A program made the position numbers and the translations under genes. Source: an uncultured Planctomycetota bacterium (GTDB lineage Bacteria; Planctomycetota; Planctomycetia; Isosphaerales; Isosphaeraceae). From it: 64,000 bases of DNA. Shown here in pieces: positions 10,616 through 21,030 of this stretch. The DNA lies in assembly GCA_963845755.1 (NCBI GenBank), contig CAWJTV010000041.1:544001-608000 (forward strand), read 5' to 3'. How positions within the stretch are numbered: position 1 is the first letter of the stretch; each line of letters starts with the position of its first letter. The notes beneath the pieces are model-generated. The model did not search any database and was not told the origin of the DNA. It saw only the letters and a program-made list of their open reading frames with translations.

Positions 10616-12019
10616 ATGAGCGGAGAACAAACACGATCGGCCGATTACTGGGGGCGCTACGAACCGACGGCCGACGCGCCGTGGGACCTCCGGCGGGCTG
10701 TCCATCTGCACCGCAGGGCCGGGTTCGCCGCGACCTGGAGTGAACTCCAGCGCGACCTGACCGAGGGTCCCGAGGCGAGCATCGGACGGCTCCTGGACGG
10801 CAAGTCCCGGCCGCCCGGGGCGCCGGCGCCCGAGGAGTTCGAGCGGATCGCGGGCGTCCTGGGCGAGGCCGCGGTCGCCTCGAGCGATTCCGGTCGGCTC
10901 AAGGCGTGGTGGTTCTACCGCCTGCTCTACTCGCCCGATCCGTTGGGCGAGCGGCTGACCCTGATGTGGCACAACCACTTCGCTACCAGCATTCAAAAAG
11001 TCAGCGACCCGACGGCCATGCGCCGGCAGAACGACACGCTCCGCCGCCTGGCACGGAAGCCGTTTGGCGAGCTGCTCTCGGCGATGGTCCACGATCCCGC
11101 CCTGTTGATCTGGCTCGATGCGCCGGCCAATCGCAAGGGGCATCCCAACGAGAACCTGGCCCGCGAGTTGATGGAGCTGTTCACGCTCGGCGTCGGCCAT
11201 TTCAAAGAGTCCGACGTCCAGGAGACCGCCCGGGCCTTGACCGGCTGGAGCGTCGGCGACGGCGAGTTCCGCGAGGCCCCCTCTCGCCACGATGACGACG
11301 CCAAGACAATCCTGGGCCGATCCGGAAAATTCGGCGGCCCGGACGTGGTCAAGATCCTGCTGGCCAACCCGGCGACGGCCGACCGACTGGCCTGGCGGCT
11401 CTGCGACCTGTTCATGGGCGAAGGGACCGTGGGTAAACCCGAGCGCACGGCGCTGGCGGACGGGCTGCGGTCGCACGACCTCGATATCGGCTGGGCGGTC
11501 GCCACGATCCTCCGCTCTCGCGCACTTCTTCGCCGCGTCGAACATCCGGAACCGGGTCCTGAGTCCCGTCGAGTTCGTCGTCGGCGCCGTGCGCGGACTG
11601 GAATTGATCGAGATGCCCCCCAGCACGCTCGTCCTGGCGGACTGGTCGGGCCGCCTGGGCCAGGACCTGTTCAACCCGCCGAACGTCGGTGGCTGGCCGG
11701 GCGGCCGGACCTGGCTGTCGGCTCGTTCGCTGATCGGCCGCGCGCGCATTTCGCCACGGCGCTCGTCGAGGGACGCGGCGTGGGCCGCGACACGCCGCTC
11801 GACCCGATCGCGCTGGCCCGCCATCACGGCCGAGGACATGACGGCGCCGAGGCGCTCCGCTTCTGCGCCGAACTGCTGCTGGGCATCGTGCCGGACGCCC
11901 GATGGATCGATCGCCTGGGCGCGTCGCTCGGCGTCAAATCGAAGGCGGACTGGAACGAGGACACGGCTCGGCGCGCGGTTGCCCAACTCCTCGGTTCGGC
12001 GGAGGCCCAGATCGGTTGA
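10616..12019 (+). CDS. DUF1800 domain protein (frameshifted segment near 11530-11750)
   Basis: HLHRRAGF, ERLTLMWHNHFATS, PNENLARELMELFTLG; LGQDLFNPPNVGGW in the alternate frame. Confidence 0.9.
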   Translation: MSGEQTRSADYWGRYEPTADAPWDLRRAVHLHRRAGFAATWSELQRDLTEGPEASIGRLLDGKSRPPGAPAPEEFERIAGVLGEAAVASSDSGRLKAWWFYRLLYSPDPLGERLTLMWHNHFATSIQKVSDPTAMRRQNDTLRRLARKPFGELLSAMVHDPALLIWLDAPANRKGHPNENLARELMELFTLGVGHFKESDVQETARALTGWSVGDGEFREAPSRHDDDAKTILGRSGKFGGPDVVKILLANPATADRLAWRLCDLFMGEGTVGKPERTALADGLRSHDLDIGWAVATILRSRALLRRVEHPEPGPESRRVRRRRRARTGIDRDAPQHARPGGLVGPPGPGPVQPAERRWLAGRPDLAVGSFADRPRAHFATALVEGRGVGRDTPLDPIALARHHGRGHDGAEALRFCAELLLGIVPDARWIDRLGASLGVKSKADWNEDTARRAVAQLLGSAEAQIG

Positions 12020-12074
12020 TCGGAATCGTTGACTACAGAGACCGCAAATCGACGAAGACGAGGATCCAGAGGAT

Positions 12075-12223
12075 TCACCACAGAGTCACAGAGCACACAG
12101 AGAATACAAATGATCGAAATATTCATGTGAGAAAACTTTGAGACTCGCAGGACAAGTCAAACGGAATAATATTGATAGAGAATAATATTTGAATTCTCTG
12201 TGTTCTCTGTGTCTCTGTGGTGA
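12075..12223. repeat. Inverted 9-mer repeat element (CACAGAGAA-type) with AT-rich core
   Basis: tcaccacagagtcacagagcacacagagaa ... ttctctgtgttctctgtgtctctgtggtga. Confidence 0.75.
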
Positions 12224-12280
12224 GAAATCCGGATGATTCTCGAATTTCCGGTCCGACTATCAGACAACGGAGAAGTCTCG

Positions 12281-13516
12281 ATGCTCACGCGACGCGATCT
12301 TCTGAAATCGACCCTGAACGGGGCGGCCTTGGTGGCCTTGAGCCCGACCGTGCCGACCTTCCTGGCGAATACCGCGCGGGCGGCTGAGCCCCGGCGCGAC
12401 GGCCGAGTGCTGGTCGTGATCCAGCTTGATGGGGGCAACGACGCGATCAACACCCTGGTCCCCTTCCGCGACGAGGGCTATGCGAAGCACCGCAACGCGT
12501 TGCGAATTCCCGAGAAGAACCTGGTGAAGGTCAACGATCAGGTGGGCTTGCACCCGGGCCTGCGCGATCTCGGCGCGCTGCTCCAGCGGGGCCAGCTCGG
12601 GCTCGTGCCGGGTGTGGGCTATCCCAACCCGAACCGTTCGCACTTCGAGAGCATGGCGATCTGGCAGACGGCGCGACTCGATCCCGAGGACCACTCCGGC
12701 CCGGGCTGGATCGGTCGGAGCTTCGACGAACCGGCCGAGGCGTGGTCTCCCCGCGCTTCCGGCGCACCGGCCCTCCTGATTGGCGACGGGACCCCACCCA
12801 CCGCCTTGCGCGGCCGGCGTGCCGCGGCCTCGGCACTGGACCGGATCGAGGACCTCACTCTCCCCGAGGGATCGGCCCGATCGGTCATCACCACGCCCCT
12901 GAATTCCGCCGCCGATGATGATCTCGAGGCCTACGTGCGACGAAGCGTGCTCGACGCCTATTCCGCCTCGGAGCGCGTGACCGAGCTCACGCGTCGCCGC
13001 ATCGATTCGGATGTCCGTTATCCCGACACGGCCCTGGCCGGCAAGCTCCGCACGGTGGCCCAGCTCCTCAAGGCCGACCTCGGAGCCCGAGTCTTCTATA
13101 CGATCCAGTCGGGATACGACACCCATGCCGGCCAGTCGAACACGCATTACAGCCTGTTCTTCGAGCTGGGTGGTGCGATCAAGGCGTTCCTGGACGACCT
13201 GACCGCGGCCAAGCTGGCCGATCGGGTAACCGTGCTGGGCTTCAGCGAGTTCGGCCGCCGGGTGGCCGAGAACGGCTCGGCCGGCACCGACCACGGCACC
13301 GCCGGGCTGGTGTTCCTCGCCGGACCGGGAGTCCTCCCCGGGGTGCACGGCAAGGTCCCCAGCCTGACCGACCTCGTCAACGGGGATCCCAAGATCTCCA
13401 CCGATTTCCGCCGCGTCTATGCCGCCGTCCTGGAGAACTGGCTCGAATTACCCAGCCGTACGGCGCTCGGCGCAGCGTTCGAGCCGATCCCGCTCTTTCG
13501 GCTAACGCGGTCGTGA
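12281..13516 (+). CDS. DUF1501 domain protein with Tat signal
   Basis: MLTRRDLLK, LVVIQLDGGND, NRSHFESMAIW, GYDTH, SEFGRRVAENGSAGTDHG. Confidence 0.92.
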   Translation: MLTRRDLLKSTLNGAALVALSPTVPTFLANTARAAEPRRDGRVLVVIQLDGGNDAINTLVPFRDEGYAKHRNALRIPEKNLVKVNDQVGLHPGLRDLGALLQRGQLGLVPGVGYPNPNRSHFESMAIWQTARLDPEDHSGPGWIGRSFDEPAEAWSPRASGAPALLIGDGTPPTALRGRRAAASALDRIEDLTLPEGSARSVITTPLNSAADDDLEAYVRRSVLDAYSASERVTELTRRRIDSDVRYPDTALAGKLRTVAQLLKADLGARVFYTIQSGYDTHAGQSNTHYSLFFELGGAIKAFLDDLTAAKLADRVTVLGFSEFGRRVAENGSAGTDHGTAGLVFLAGPGVLPGVHGKVPSLTDLVNGDPKISTDFRRVYAAVLENWLELPSRTALGAAFEPIPLFRLTRS

Positions 13517-13556
13517 ACGATCGCGGTACAATCGAGTCGGATTGCGGAGGCCCAAC

Positions 13557-13799
13557 ATGAAAACGATCACGGTTCAAGCCGAGGTGTCCGCCGACGGGAT
13601 CCTCAAACTCGAGGTCCCGTGTGATCTGACACCCGGCCGCGTGGAGGTTGTCCTCACGGTTCAGCCTCATCAACCCAATCCATCTCAGAATCGAATCGAT
13701 TGGGGGCAATTGTCCGGACTGGGGCGTGAAGTCTGGCAAGGGATCGATGCCGAAAGTTACGTCACTGATCTGCGTGCGGATCGAGATTTCGGGTCATGA
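13557..13799 (+). CDS. Putative antitoxin
   Basis: 80 aa, GGAGG RBS, C-terminal GLGREVWQGIDAESYV, ATGA overlap with the PIN toxin. Confidence 0.75.
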   Translation: MKTITVQAEVSADGILKLEVPCDLTPGRVEVVLTVQPHQPNPSQNRIDWGQLSGLGREVWQGIDAESYVTDLRADRDFGS

Positions 13800-14272
13800 C
13801 AATCCTCGACGCGATCCCGGCGGGGAGCCTGGCGGCTCTCGATACCGTCGTCTGGATCTACGAGTTCGAGACGCATCCTGTCTTCGGTCAGGTCACAAAC
13901 TTGCTATTCCGCGAGGGGTTCGGCACCGGACGTTGCCGAGCGGCTTGCAGCTTACTTGCCCTGGGAGAGCTCCTGGTGCAGCCGCTTGCCCAGGGCCGGC
14001 CTGACCTCGTGGACCGGTACCGGCAGATCATCACCCCAAGCCCGGAGCTGACCGTCTGGGAAATGACTCGCGATGTCATTGAAGCCGCCGCAGCTCTTCG
14101 CGCGAGATATCGAGTCCGATTGCTCGACGCCATTCACTTGGCTTCGGCCGCGATCCATCGCGCCGATTTTTTTATCACCAACGACGAAGGTCTTCGGAGG
14201 GTCCGAGAAGTTCAGGTCCTGATCTTGGCCGATTATCTCCCTACGGTCCCCGGAGAGCAGGCTTCATCCTAA
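13796..14272 (+). CDS. vapC: PIN-domain (VapC-like) toxin
   Basis: ALDTVVWIY, LGELLVQP, LLDAIHLASA, FITNDEGL. Confidence 0.88.
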   Translation: MTILDAIPAGSLAALDTVVWIYEFETHPVFGQVTNLLFREGFGTGRCRAACSLLALGELLVQPLAQGRPDLVDRYRQIITPSPELTVWEMTRDVIEAAAALRARYRVRLLDAIHLASAAIHRADFFITNDEGLRRVREVQVLILADYLPTVPGEQASS

Positions 14273-14292
14273 CGCGGCCTTCGGCCGCAACC

Positions 14293-14380
14293 CAATCGGG
14301 ATTCCCGATTCGCGATTCCGGATTCCCGAAGGGGAATGATCCGGGAATCGGGAATCTCGAATCCGGAATTCGGAATCCCC
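14293..14380. repeat. Inverted heptamer repeats (CGATTCC / GGAATCG)
   Basis: gggattcccgattcgcgattccggattccc ... gggaatcgggaatctcgaatccggaattcggaatccc. Confidence 0.7.
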
Positions 14381-14422
14381 AGAGGCGCGGAGGGCGCAGG
14401 GAGCCTACGGAGGACGACTCTA

Positions 14423-14610
14423 GAGCGCTTCACATTTGGGTTGCACACACGCGAATCCGGTTCCCAAAGAACCCCCCGGAACCCCCCCTTCGCAAGGGGG
14501 GGAGAATTGAGGAGGAGTGGCCCATTTCCTGTCCCCCCCTTGCGAAGGGGGGGTTCCGGGGGGTGGATTCGCATCGCTCTGGGCGTGCGCAACGCAATTG
14601 ATAAGCGCTC
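14423..14610. mobile_element. MITE-like element with ~26-bp imperfect TIRs and an internal GC-rich palindrome
   Basis: GAGCGCTTcacatttgGGTTGCACAC vs rc end GAGCGCTTatcaattgCGTTGCGCAC; TA flanks; internal ccccccggaacccccccttcgcaagggggg inverted pair. Confidence 0.6.
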
Positions 14611-14821
14611 TAACAACTCGGCTGAACATCCTTAATCGGCTAAAACGCACTCATCATCACAGCCCGTAAAATCGTTGTGATCGCGATTCGACCCCGTAAG
14701 ACGGGAGACTGTCAGTCGAAACCCGCGCGAGCCCTGCCGCGGCACGAGGACTGAACCTCCCTGGGTTCCGCGTCCATTCGCCCGCCCGCGACATCCCGGA
14801 CGGATCGCGTGCCTTCGCGCA

Positions 14822-15961
14822 CTATCCTTTAACTTCAGCATTCGCGCGATTCAAGAGGGCCCTCATGTAAGCGAATCCGTACGCGGTCTGCGCGAACTGG
14901 CCGCCCACCAGGCTCGGGCTGTGATCGAGGATCACGATGCCGTCGTATTTGACGTCGCGCAGAGCCTTCATAATCTTGTACATATCATAATAACCATTGT
15001 CCATGAACGTTTCCACGAAATGCGGGAGGGGCGCGCTGACGTTGCGGAAGTGGATTTTCCAGATCTTGTCCGCGCCGAAGGTGCGGATCATCTCTTCCGG
15101 GTCCTTACCCGTGAGCTGGCGGCCGCCCTCGAGCCAGGTACCGCAGCACAGGCAGATCCCGACGTTCGGGCTGTTGGCGATCTCCAGGGCGCGCTTGTAG
15201 CCTTCGTAGTTGCTGAAGATGCAACGGGGGACACCGGCCAGGACGGGCACCGGTGGATCATCCGGATGGATCCCGATCCGGACACCAACCTCTTCCGCGA
15301 CCGGGACCACTTGCTTGATGAAATGGGTGTAATTCTCCCAGATCTCGTCCTTCGTGAACACGCGGCCGTGAGAGAGGGGTTCCTTCCAGCTCCGGCCGCC
15401 CCACGTACCGCGTTTATTCGGACTCGACAGATCGAACTCCCGGGCGGACGCTCCGCGGCTCTTCGCTCGGCCGCTGCTCCAGATCCCGTTCCCCATGTGA
15501 GCGTACGTCGTATAGAAGATGCCGGCCTTCCCGAGGCTGCGGAGGTACTGCTTGTACTGCTCGATCTTCTCATCCCGGCCGGGGAGGTTGAGTGTGACTT
15601 CCGGCATGTTATGCACATCCGTGTTGCCGATGTTCCATACCGTGATCCCGGCGTCTCCATACCGCTTCTTGATCTGCATGAAGCCCTCGGTGGTCCGCAG
15701 ATCCGGCGAGGACCCGACGCTGACGTATTCGGCGCCGATCTGTTGGAGAAAGAGCAACTGCTCATCGGTCGGTTTGGCGGAAGACTGGGCACACAGCTTG
15801 ATCCCGGGCTTGTTGGGGTGCACCACGGCCGAGCTCTTGACCCCCGATCCGAGGAAGGTCACGGCGCCCAACGTACCGGTCAGCGCCAACTTTCCAAATT
15901 CCCTGCGGTCGGGACCGGACGGCATGCCACTCGTCGTCTTGTTCGCCTCGTGAGGGTTCAT
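14822..15961 (-). CDS. uxuA: Mannonate dehydratase (UxuA)-family protein with Tat-like signal
   Basis: EIWENYTHFIKQVVPVAEEVGVRIGIHPDDPP, IHFRNV, ILDHSP; N-terminal DRREFGK. Confidence 0.8.
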   Translation of the reverse strand: MNPHEANKTTSGMPSGPDRREFGKLALTGTLGAVTFLGSGVKSSAVVHPNKPGIKLCAQSSAKPTDEQLLFLQQIGAEYVSVGSSPDLRTTEGFMQIKKRYGDAGITVWNIGNTDVHNMPEVTLNLPGRDEKIEQYKQYLRSLGKAGIFYTTYAHMGNGIWSSGRAKSRGASAREFDLSSPNKRGTWGGRSWKEPLSHGRVFTKDEIWENYTHFIKQVVPVAEEVGVRIGIHPDDPPVPVLAGVPRCIFSNYEGYKRALEIANSPNVGICLCCGTWLEGGRQLTGKDPEEMIRTFGADKIWKIHFRNVSAPLPHFVETFMDNGYYDMYKIMKALRDVKYDGIVILDHSPSLVGGQFAQTAYGFAYMRALLNRANAEVKG

Positions 15962-16027
15962 GGCTTTCCGCTCCGTGAGGGGTGTATGGGTCGGAAACTG
16001 GCAGGAACGGCCGTCATCAGGACTCGA

Positions 16028-17480
16028 TCAAAAAAGTTCCCGGATCGGCTCGCCTTGCTCCACGATGAAACGAGGGCGACCGGTGCCGTCGGTGTAAGTG
16101 GCATCCAGCGGCACGCCCATGTGGCGATAGATCGTCGCCGCCAGGTCACCGGGCGTGACGGGCCGTTCCTGGATATGGCCGCCGTCGGCTTCGGTCGAAC
16201 CGATGACCTGACCGTGTCGCAGGCCGCCGCCGGCCATGGCCATCGACATCACGACCGCCCAGTGATTCCGGCCGTCGGTGCTCCCCTGCGTGCCCATCAT
16301 CGGGGTGCGGCCGAACTCGCCCATGGCGAGGACCAGCACGTCGTCGAGCAGGCCGTGGTCGTCCAGGTCGGAGACCAGGGTTGTCACCAGGTTGTCGAAG
16401 ATGCGGCAGCAGCGGCTTGAGCCCCTTGCTGATCCCACCATAGGGAGGGATGTTATCCCCGTGCGTATCCCAGGTCCCCGACGCGGCGTGATAACTCAAA
16501 TCGAGGGTGACGAACGCGACCCCCGCCTCGACCAGTCGCCGGGCCAGGAGAGCCTGCTGACACCAGAGGTGCTTGCCGTATCGGTCGCGGACCTGTGCCG
16601 GTTCCCTCGACAGATCGAAGGTTTGCTGGGCTTTCGGACCGGTCAACATGTCCACGGCGGCCTGGGCATGACGGTCCATCACGTCAATCGCGGCGGAATG
16701 ATCGAGTCGGGCTCGCAACACGTCGAGGTCCCGGAGCAACGAACGGCGGTCCATCAGCCGCTTGTGAGTCAGCCCGCGCGGGAGCCGGAAGAATTCGCCC
16801 TCGGTCTGGCGACCGGTGTCGACACCGACGTCCGTGTAGATCGGCAGCTTCGCGGCGCGGTTGGCGATGAATGGGTCGAATTGCTGGCCCAGGTCACCCC
16901 CTCGGGCGATGTGGTCCCGCGAGGTCTGGAACGCGACATAGGGCGGCAGACTCGTTTGGTTCGCCCCGCGCCACTTCGCGACCACCGACCCGATGGCCGG
17001 GAGATTCTCCCCGGCCGGATTGATCCTGGGGGCGGCATCGAGGTGGCCGGTCTGGAACACCTGGTTCGGCTCGTGGTTGCTGTGTTGCGCGTCCACGGAC
17101 CGGATGATGGTGAACCGATCCAGCATCGCCGCCATCCTGGGCAGATGCTCGCAGAATGAGACGCCCGGCAGCTTGGTCGAGATCGCGCCGAACGGCCCGC
17201 GATTCTGAAGTGGCCGGTCGGGCTTGGGGTCCCAGGTATCGATCTGACTGGGGCCGCCGGTCATCCAGAGCAGGATCACCGACTTGCCGGTCGGCAGGGC
17301 GCGACCCGTCTCGGCGGCCGCGGCCCTGAGGCGCAAGACGTCGGCGAAGCTCAGCCCGCACACCCCGGCCAGGCTGGCCTTGAGCATGTTCCTCCGGCTG
17401 GCGACGACCAGCCCTTCCCGCTCGAGCGGGTTGAGTGCGGCGAACGCGTGCGAATGACCATGCGGTTTGACTGCGCTCAT
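16028..17480 (-). CDS. DUF1501 domain protein (frameshift near 16405)
   Basis: SVILLWMTGGPSQIDTWDPKP, LLARRLVEAGV, WDTH, GEFGRTP. Confidence 0.9.
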
Positions 17481-17557
17481 ACGACGACCCACCAGCCATC
17501 AGGATCGCTCCCGAGAAAACGATACGCTCTTCGATCATAACCGGGAGCTGCGGCTAA

Positions 17558-17736
17558 GAGCGTTCGGACAAAATGACGAGCACGTCGAGGCCGGCACCTG
17601 GGGGCTGCGCCGGCCAGCCGCGCTTGACCCCAGCCACCCCCCCTCCGCCCTGGCAGCCCCGGGGTGGCTGGGGTCGAGCCCGAAGGGCGATGCCCCCAGG
17701 AGACCAGAGCCCCACGTTCTTTCTTTCCGAACGCCC
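17558..17736. mobile_element. MITE with IS5-like ends and TAA target duplication
   Basis: GAGCGTTCGGACAAAATGA vs rc end GGGCGTTCGGAAAGAAAGA; TAA at 17555-57 and 17737-39; resembles the TIR of the IS5 at 18698. Confidence 0.65.
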
Positions 17737-17796
17737 TAAGAGTGCCTAAAACGACCCGGACCCTCACAGCTCTTGACCCTTCTCCCTTGAAGAGTT

Positions 17797-17903
17797 CAAC
17801 CACGAAATACACGAAATTCGCGAAAAATCCGGAGGGTGAAGGAAATGGATAGCCGATTCTCGAATTTTTCATATTTCGTGTATTTCGTGTATTTCGTGGT
17901 TAA
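17797..17903. repeat. Inverted 9-mer repeat element (CACGAAATA-type)
   Basis: aaccacgaaatacacgaaattcgcgaaa ... tttcgtgtatttcgtgtatttcgtggtt. Confidence 0.75.
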
Positions 17904-17931
17904 ATTAGGAGTTCTAAGGCATCACTCTTGC

Positions 17932-18469
17932 TCATGAGCAATCCCAACCTAGCAAGACAAGCTTGCAGTGCCGGCAAACGAACTTGTAGAAAGCAGGATC
18001 CCCTCCCGCCTGATAGCCCTTCGTGATCTGCGACCAGGCTTGCTGAGACAAGCTGTATTCGCGCATCCACTCCGCCTTTGTTTTGGGCGTGGCGTTCGCC
18101 ACATCGCTGGCCGAGGCATCGCCATGGAACTCACACGCATTCACCGCAATGAGCAAGCCAAGATTCTTGCTGCCATGACGTGTAGGCAGGCGTTCTGAGA
18201 TGGACTTCTTCCACGATGGTTGCCGACAAGCCGGCCTGAACCAAGGGATGTGAATCTGCGAAGGACGCCCCGAGCTTGGTGGCCGCCGACCCATCTGCGA
18301 TGCACCAAGGGCAAAGGCGCGCATGAAGGTTGTCGACCGAGTAAACCGGACCAATGTACACGAATCCGCGTGCCTGGCCGCAGCAGACGCACACACTGTC
18401 GCCTGGCTTGACCACGCCGGTCGCAATCGGATCGGGGTGATAGCGGAATCCGGGCAGGATATCAGTCAT
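17932..18469 (-). CDS. cbrC: CbrC / UPF0167 family protein (frameshift near 18145)
   Basis: FRYHPDPIATG, CVCCGQARG.VY.GPVY, LCPWCIADGSAA, RTPAYTSWQQESWLAHC, FYKFVCRHC. Confidence 0.85.
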
Positions 18470-18697
18470 AGGAGCTAACACCAAAGCCCAGCGGTCCGGC
18501 CCATCGAGCGTACCACTCATACTGCCAGAAACCGCCACGGCGGACCGGGCCGGCGGAGGCCAGAGGAAAGTCGCGCGATCCAGCGATCGTATGGAGGTCG
18601 CATTCCTTTCGCAAGGTTCTTCCCCCCCGACATGATTTCCCGCAACACTTATCATCTCAGGAGAGGCCACTATGACGTAACTTCGATCTCAGGATAA

Positions 18698-19603
18698 GAG
18701 CGCTCGGAAAAAATGAGTTCACTGGCCCAGGAGCCTCAAACAGATCAAGGAACATGCTAACTTGAGGAACGCGTCTTGAATCTCGGTGAGCCGATCCAAA
18801 CGGCGGCGCAGCCGGCCGAAGGAGTGCAGCCACGCGATGGTCCGCTCTACGTACCAGCGGGACTTGCCCAAACCGCTGCCGTGCTCCGTATTGCGGGCCG
18901 CCAGCACCGGCGTGGTCCCCCGGCCGCGCAAACCCTGCCGCACCGGTTCCGAGTCGTAGCCCCGATCCCCCTGCAAGCGGTCGGGCTTCTGCCGCTTCGG
19001 CCCCGGCTTGCCGCCCACCGGCGGCATGTCGTCGAGCGTCGTGAAGACCTGGGTGATCTCGGGGACGTTGGCGGCGGTCACCGTCGCCGCCAGCGGCACG
19101 CCTTGGGCGTCGGTCATCACGTGGTGCTTGCTGCCGGATTTGCTCCGGTCCGTCGGATTCGGGCCGGTATCCTCGCCCCCTTCCGGGGCCTTGGCGAAGG
19201 AGGCGTCGATCAGCGCCCGCTCCCAGTCGATCGCGTCAGCGCCGTTGAGCTCGGCCAGCAAGACGGCGTGCAACTGGCGCCAGACACCGGCCTGCTGCCA
19301 CGCCTGCAGGTAGGACCGGCAGGTCTTGCCGCAGCCGCAGCCGAGGTCGGCGGGCAAGTCGTCCCAGGCGATGCCGGTCTTGAGCACGAACAAGATGCCG
19401 GTGAGGATCTTGCGGTAGTCGAGGGGTTTGCGTCCCGGGAAGCGGAAGCGGCGCGGAGGCGGGGGTGGCAGCAAGGGCTCCAGGCGCTTCCACAGTGCAT
19501 CGGAGACAAGGGGTTTCATGGTGGTCCTCCTTCGGTTCGGGAGATCACTCTCCGAAGGACTCAAGAGCAGACAGCGTGCCAGTGGATTCATTTTTTCCGA
19601 GCC
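18698..19603 (-). mobile_element. IS5-family insertion sequence
   Basis: 25-bp TIRs GCTCGGAAAAAATGAgTtCACTGGC (18702-26) and GCTCGGAAAAAATGAaTcCACTGGC (rc 19578-602); TAA flanks. Confidence 0.88.
18719..19519 (-). CDS. IS5-family DDE transposase, intact
   Basis: VSDALWKRLEPLLP, GILFVLKTGIAWDDLP, LIDAS, GDRGYDS, RWYVERTIAWL. Confidence 0.95.
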   Translation of the reverse strand: MKPLVSDALWKRLEPLLPPPPPRRFRFPGRKPLDYRKILTGILFVLKTGIAWDDLPADLGCGCGKTCRSYLQAWQQAGVWRQLHAVLLAELNGADAIDWERALIDASFAKAPEGGEDTGPNPTDRSKSGSKHHVMTDAQGVPLAATVTAANVPEITQVFTTLDDMPPVGGKPGPKRQKPDRLQGDRGYDSEPVRQGLRGRGTTPVLAARNTEHGSGLGKSRWYVERTIAWLHSFGRLRRRLDRLTEIQDAFLKLACSLICLRLLGQ

Positions 19604-19616
19604 TAAGGAGTCTTCG

Positions 19617-20985
19617 ATGAGCGACCACGTTCTCCCTCGTTGCAATCGGCGGCAGATGCTCGGTGCGGCTGGTGCGTGGTCGCTGGGCGCCGCGTTCATC
19701 GGGACGCGCAACGGCCGGGTCGGATCGGGATTCGCATCCCGTTCCGGTCACGAACCCGCGGCGATGTCCGGCGATCGCATCGAGCCGGCGTGGGACGAGC
19801 GGCTGACGATCACCGTCGGCGGCAAGGACGGCGATCTGGTCGGGACGACCGACAAGGCCATTCAGGCCGCCGTCGATTACGTCGCCCAGCGCGGGGGCGG
19901 GACGGTCCACATCCAGCCGGGTACCTATCGGTTCCGCAATGCCGTCTACCTGGCGCCGCGAATCCGATTGATCGGCAGTGGTCCCGAGACCGTGCTGATC
20001 AAGGAGCCGTTCGACCTCGACCAAACTCGCCGCCGATTCCGACTGGTATGACCAGGAGGTCACACTGGCCGACGCCCGTGGCTTCCGGCTCGGCGACGGG
20101 GTCTGCTTCCAGGCCAGGGACCCCGATCACGGCGGAAACCTCGTCCTCAAGCGGACGCTCGTCGCCCGGTCGGGAAACCGCTTCAAACTCGACCGCGCCT
20201 TGCGTGACAACCTCTGGCTCAAGGGCGAACCGACCGCGTTCGACCCTCTTCCCGATTCTCTCCGGCGAGAACCTATCGGGCGTCGTCATCGAGAACCTCG
20301 CCATCGACGGCAACAAGGCCGGGAACGATCTGCTCGACGGCAACTATGCCGGATGCATCTGGCTCCAGGATTGTTCGGACGTGACGATCCGCAAGGTCAT
20401 CGCGCGGAACTACCATGGCGACGGCATCAGTTGGCAGGTCTGTCACGACGTCCGCGTCGAGGATTGCCACAGCCACGACCATACCGGACTGGGCTTCCAT
20501 CCCGGCTCGGGCTCGCAACGGTCGATCATCCGCGCGAATCGCTCCGAACACAACCAGATCGGCATCTTCTTCTGCTGGGGCGTCCGGTTCGGCCTGGCCG
20601 AGAACAACACGATCGTCTGCGGTGCGCGAGTCGGGGATCTCGATCGGCCATCGCGATACCGACAACCTGATCCGCGACAACACGATCACGGGCAGCGGCA
20701 AGGTCGGCATCCTGTTTCGCGACGAGACGGCCGCGTTCGGCCCGCATCGCAATCGCTGCGAGCAGAATCGCATCATAGACAGCGGGCCAGGCGATGGGAT
20801 TGGCATCGACGTCCGCGGCCGTGACCGAGTCGGTCACGCTGTCGCATAACGAGATCCGCGAGACCCGCAAGCCGATGTCGCGGGTCGGCATCCGGGTCGG
20901 CGCCAAGACCCGCGACATCACCCTCGCCGAGAACCGGATCGCCGGCTACGCCGTGGATGTCTCGGATTTGCGGAGTCGAGGATAG
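19617..20985 (+). CDS. Tat-exported right-handed parallel beta-helix protein (frameshifts)
   Basis: NRRQMLG, AIQAAVDYV.GGGTVHIQPGTY, PbH1-like repeats spread over several frames. Confidence 0.8.
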
Positions 20986-21030
20986 ATCCGGGTCACGACC
21001 TATCACGTTCCGAACGAGGGCGAGAGCCGC

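Noticed and set aside
8147..11986. 1279-aa minus-strand ORF and similar long antisense ORFs
   Set aside because: Shadow frames of recognisable genes on the opposite strand in high-GC DNA; no domain motifs.
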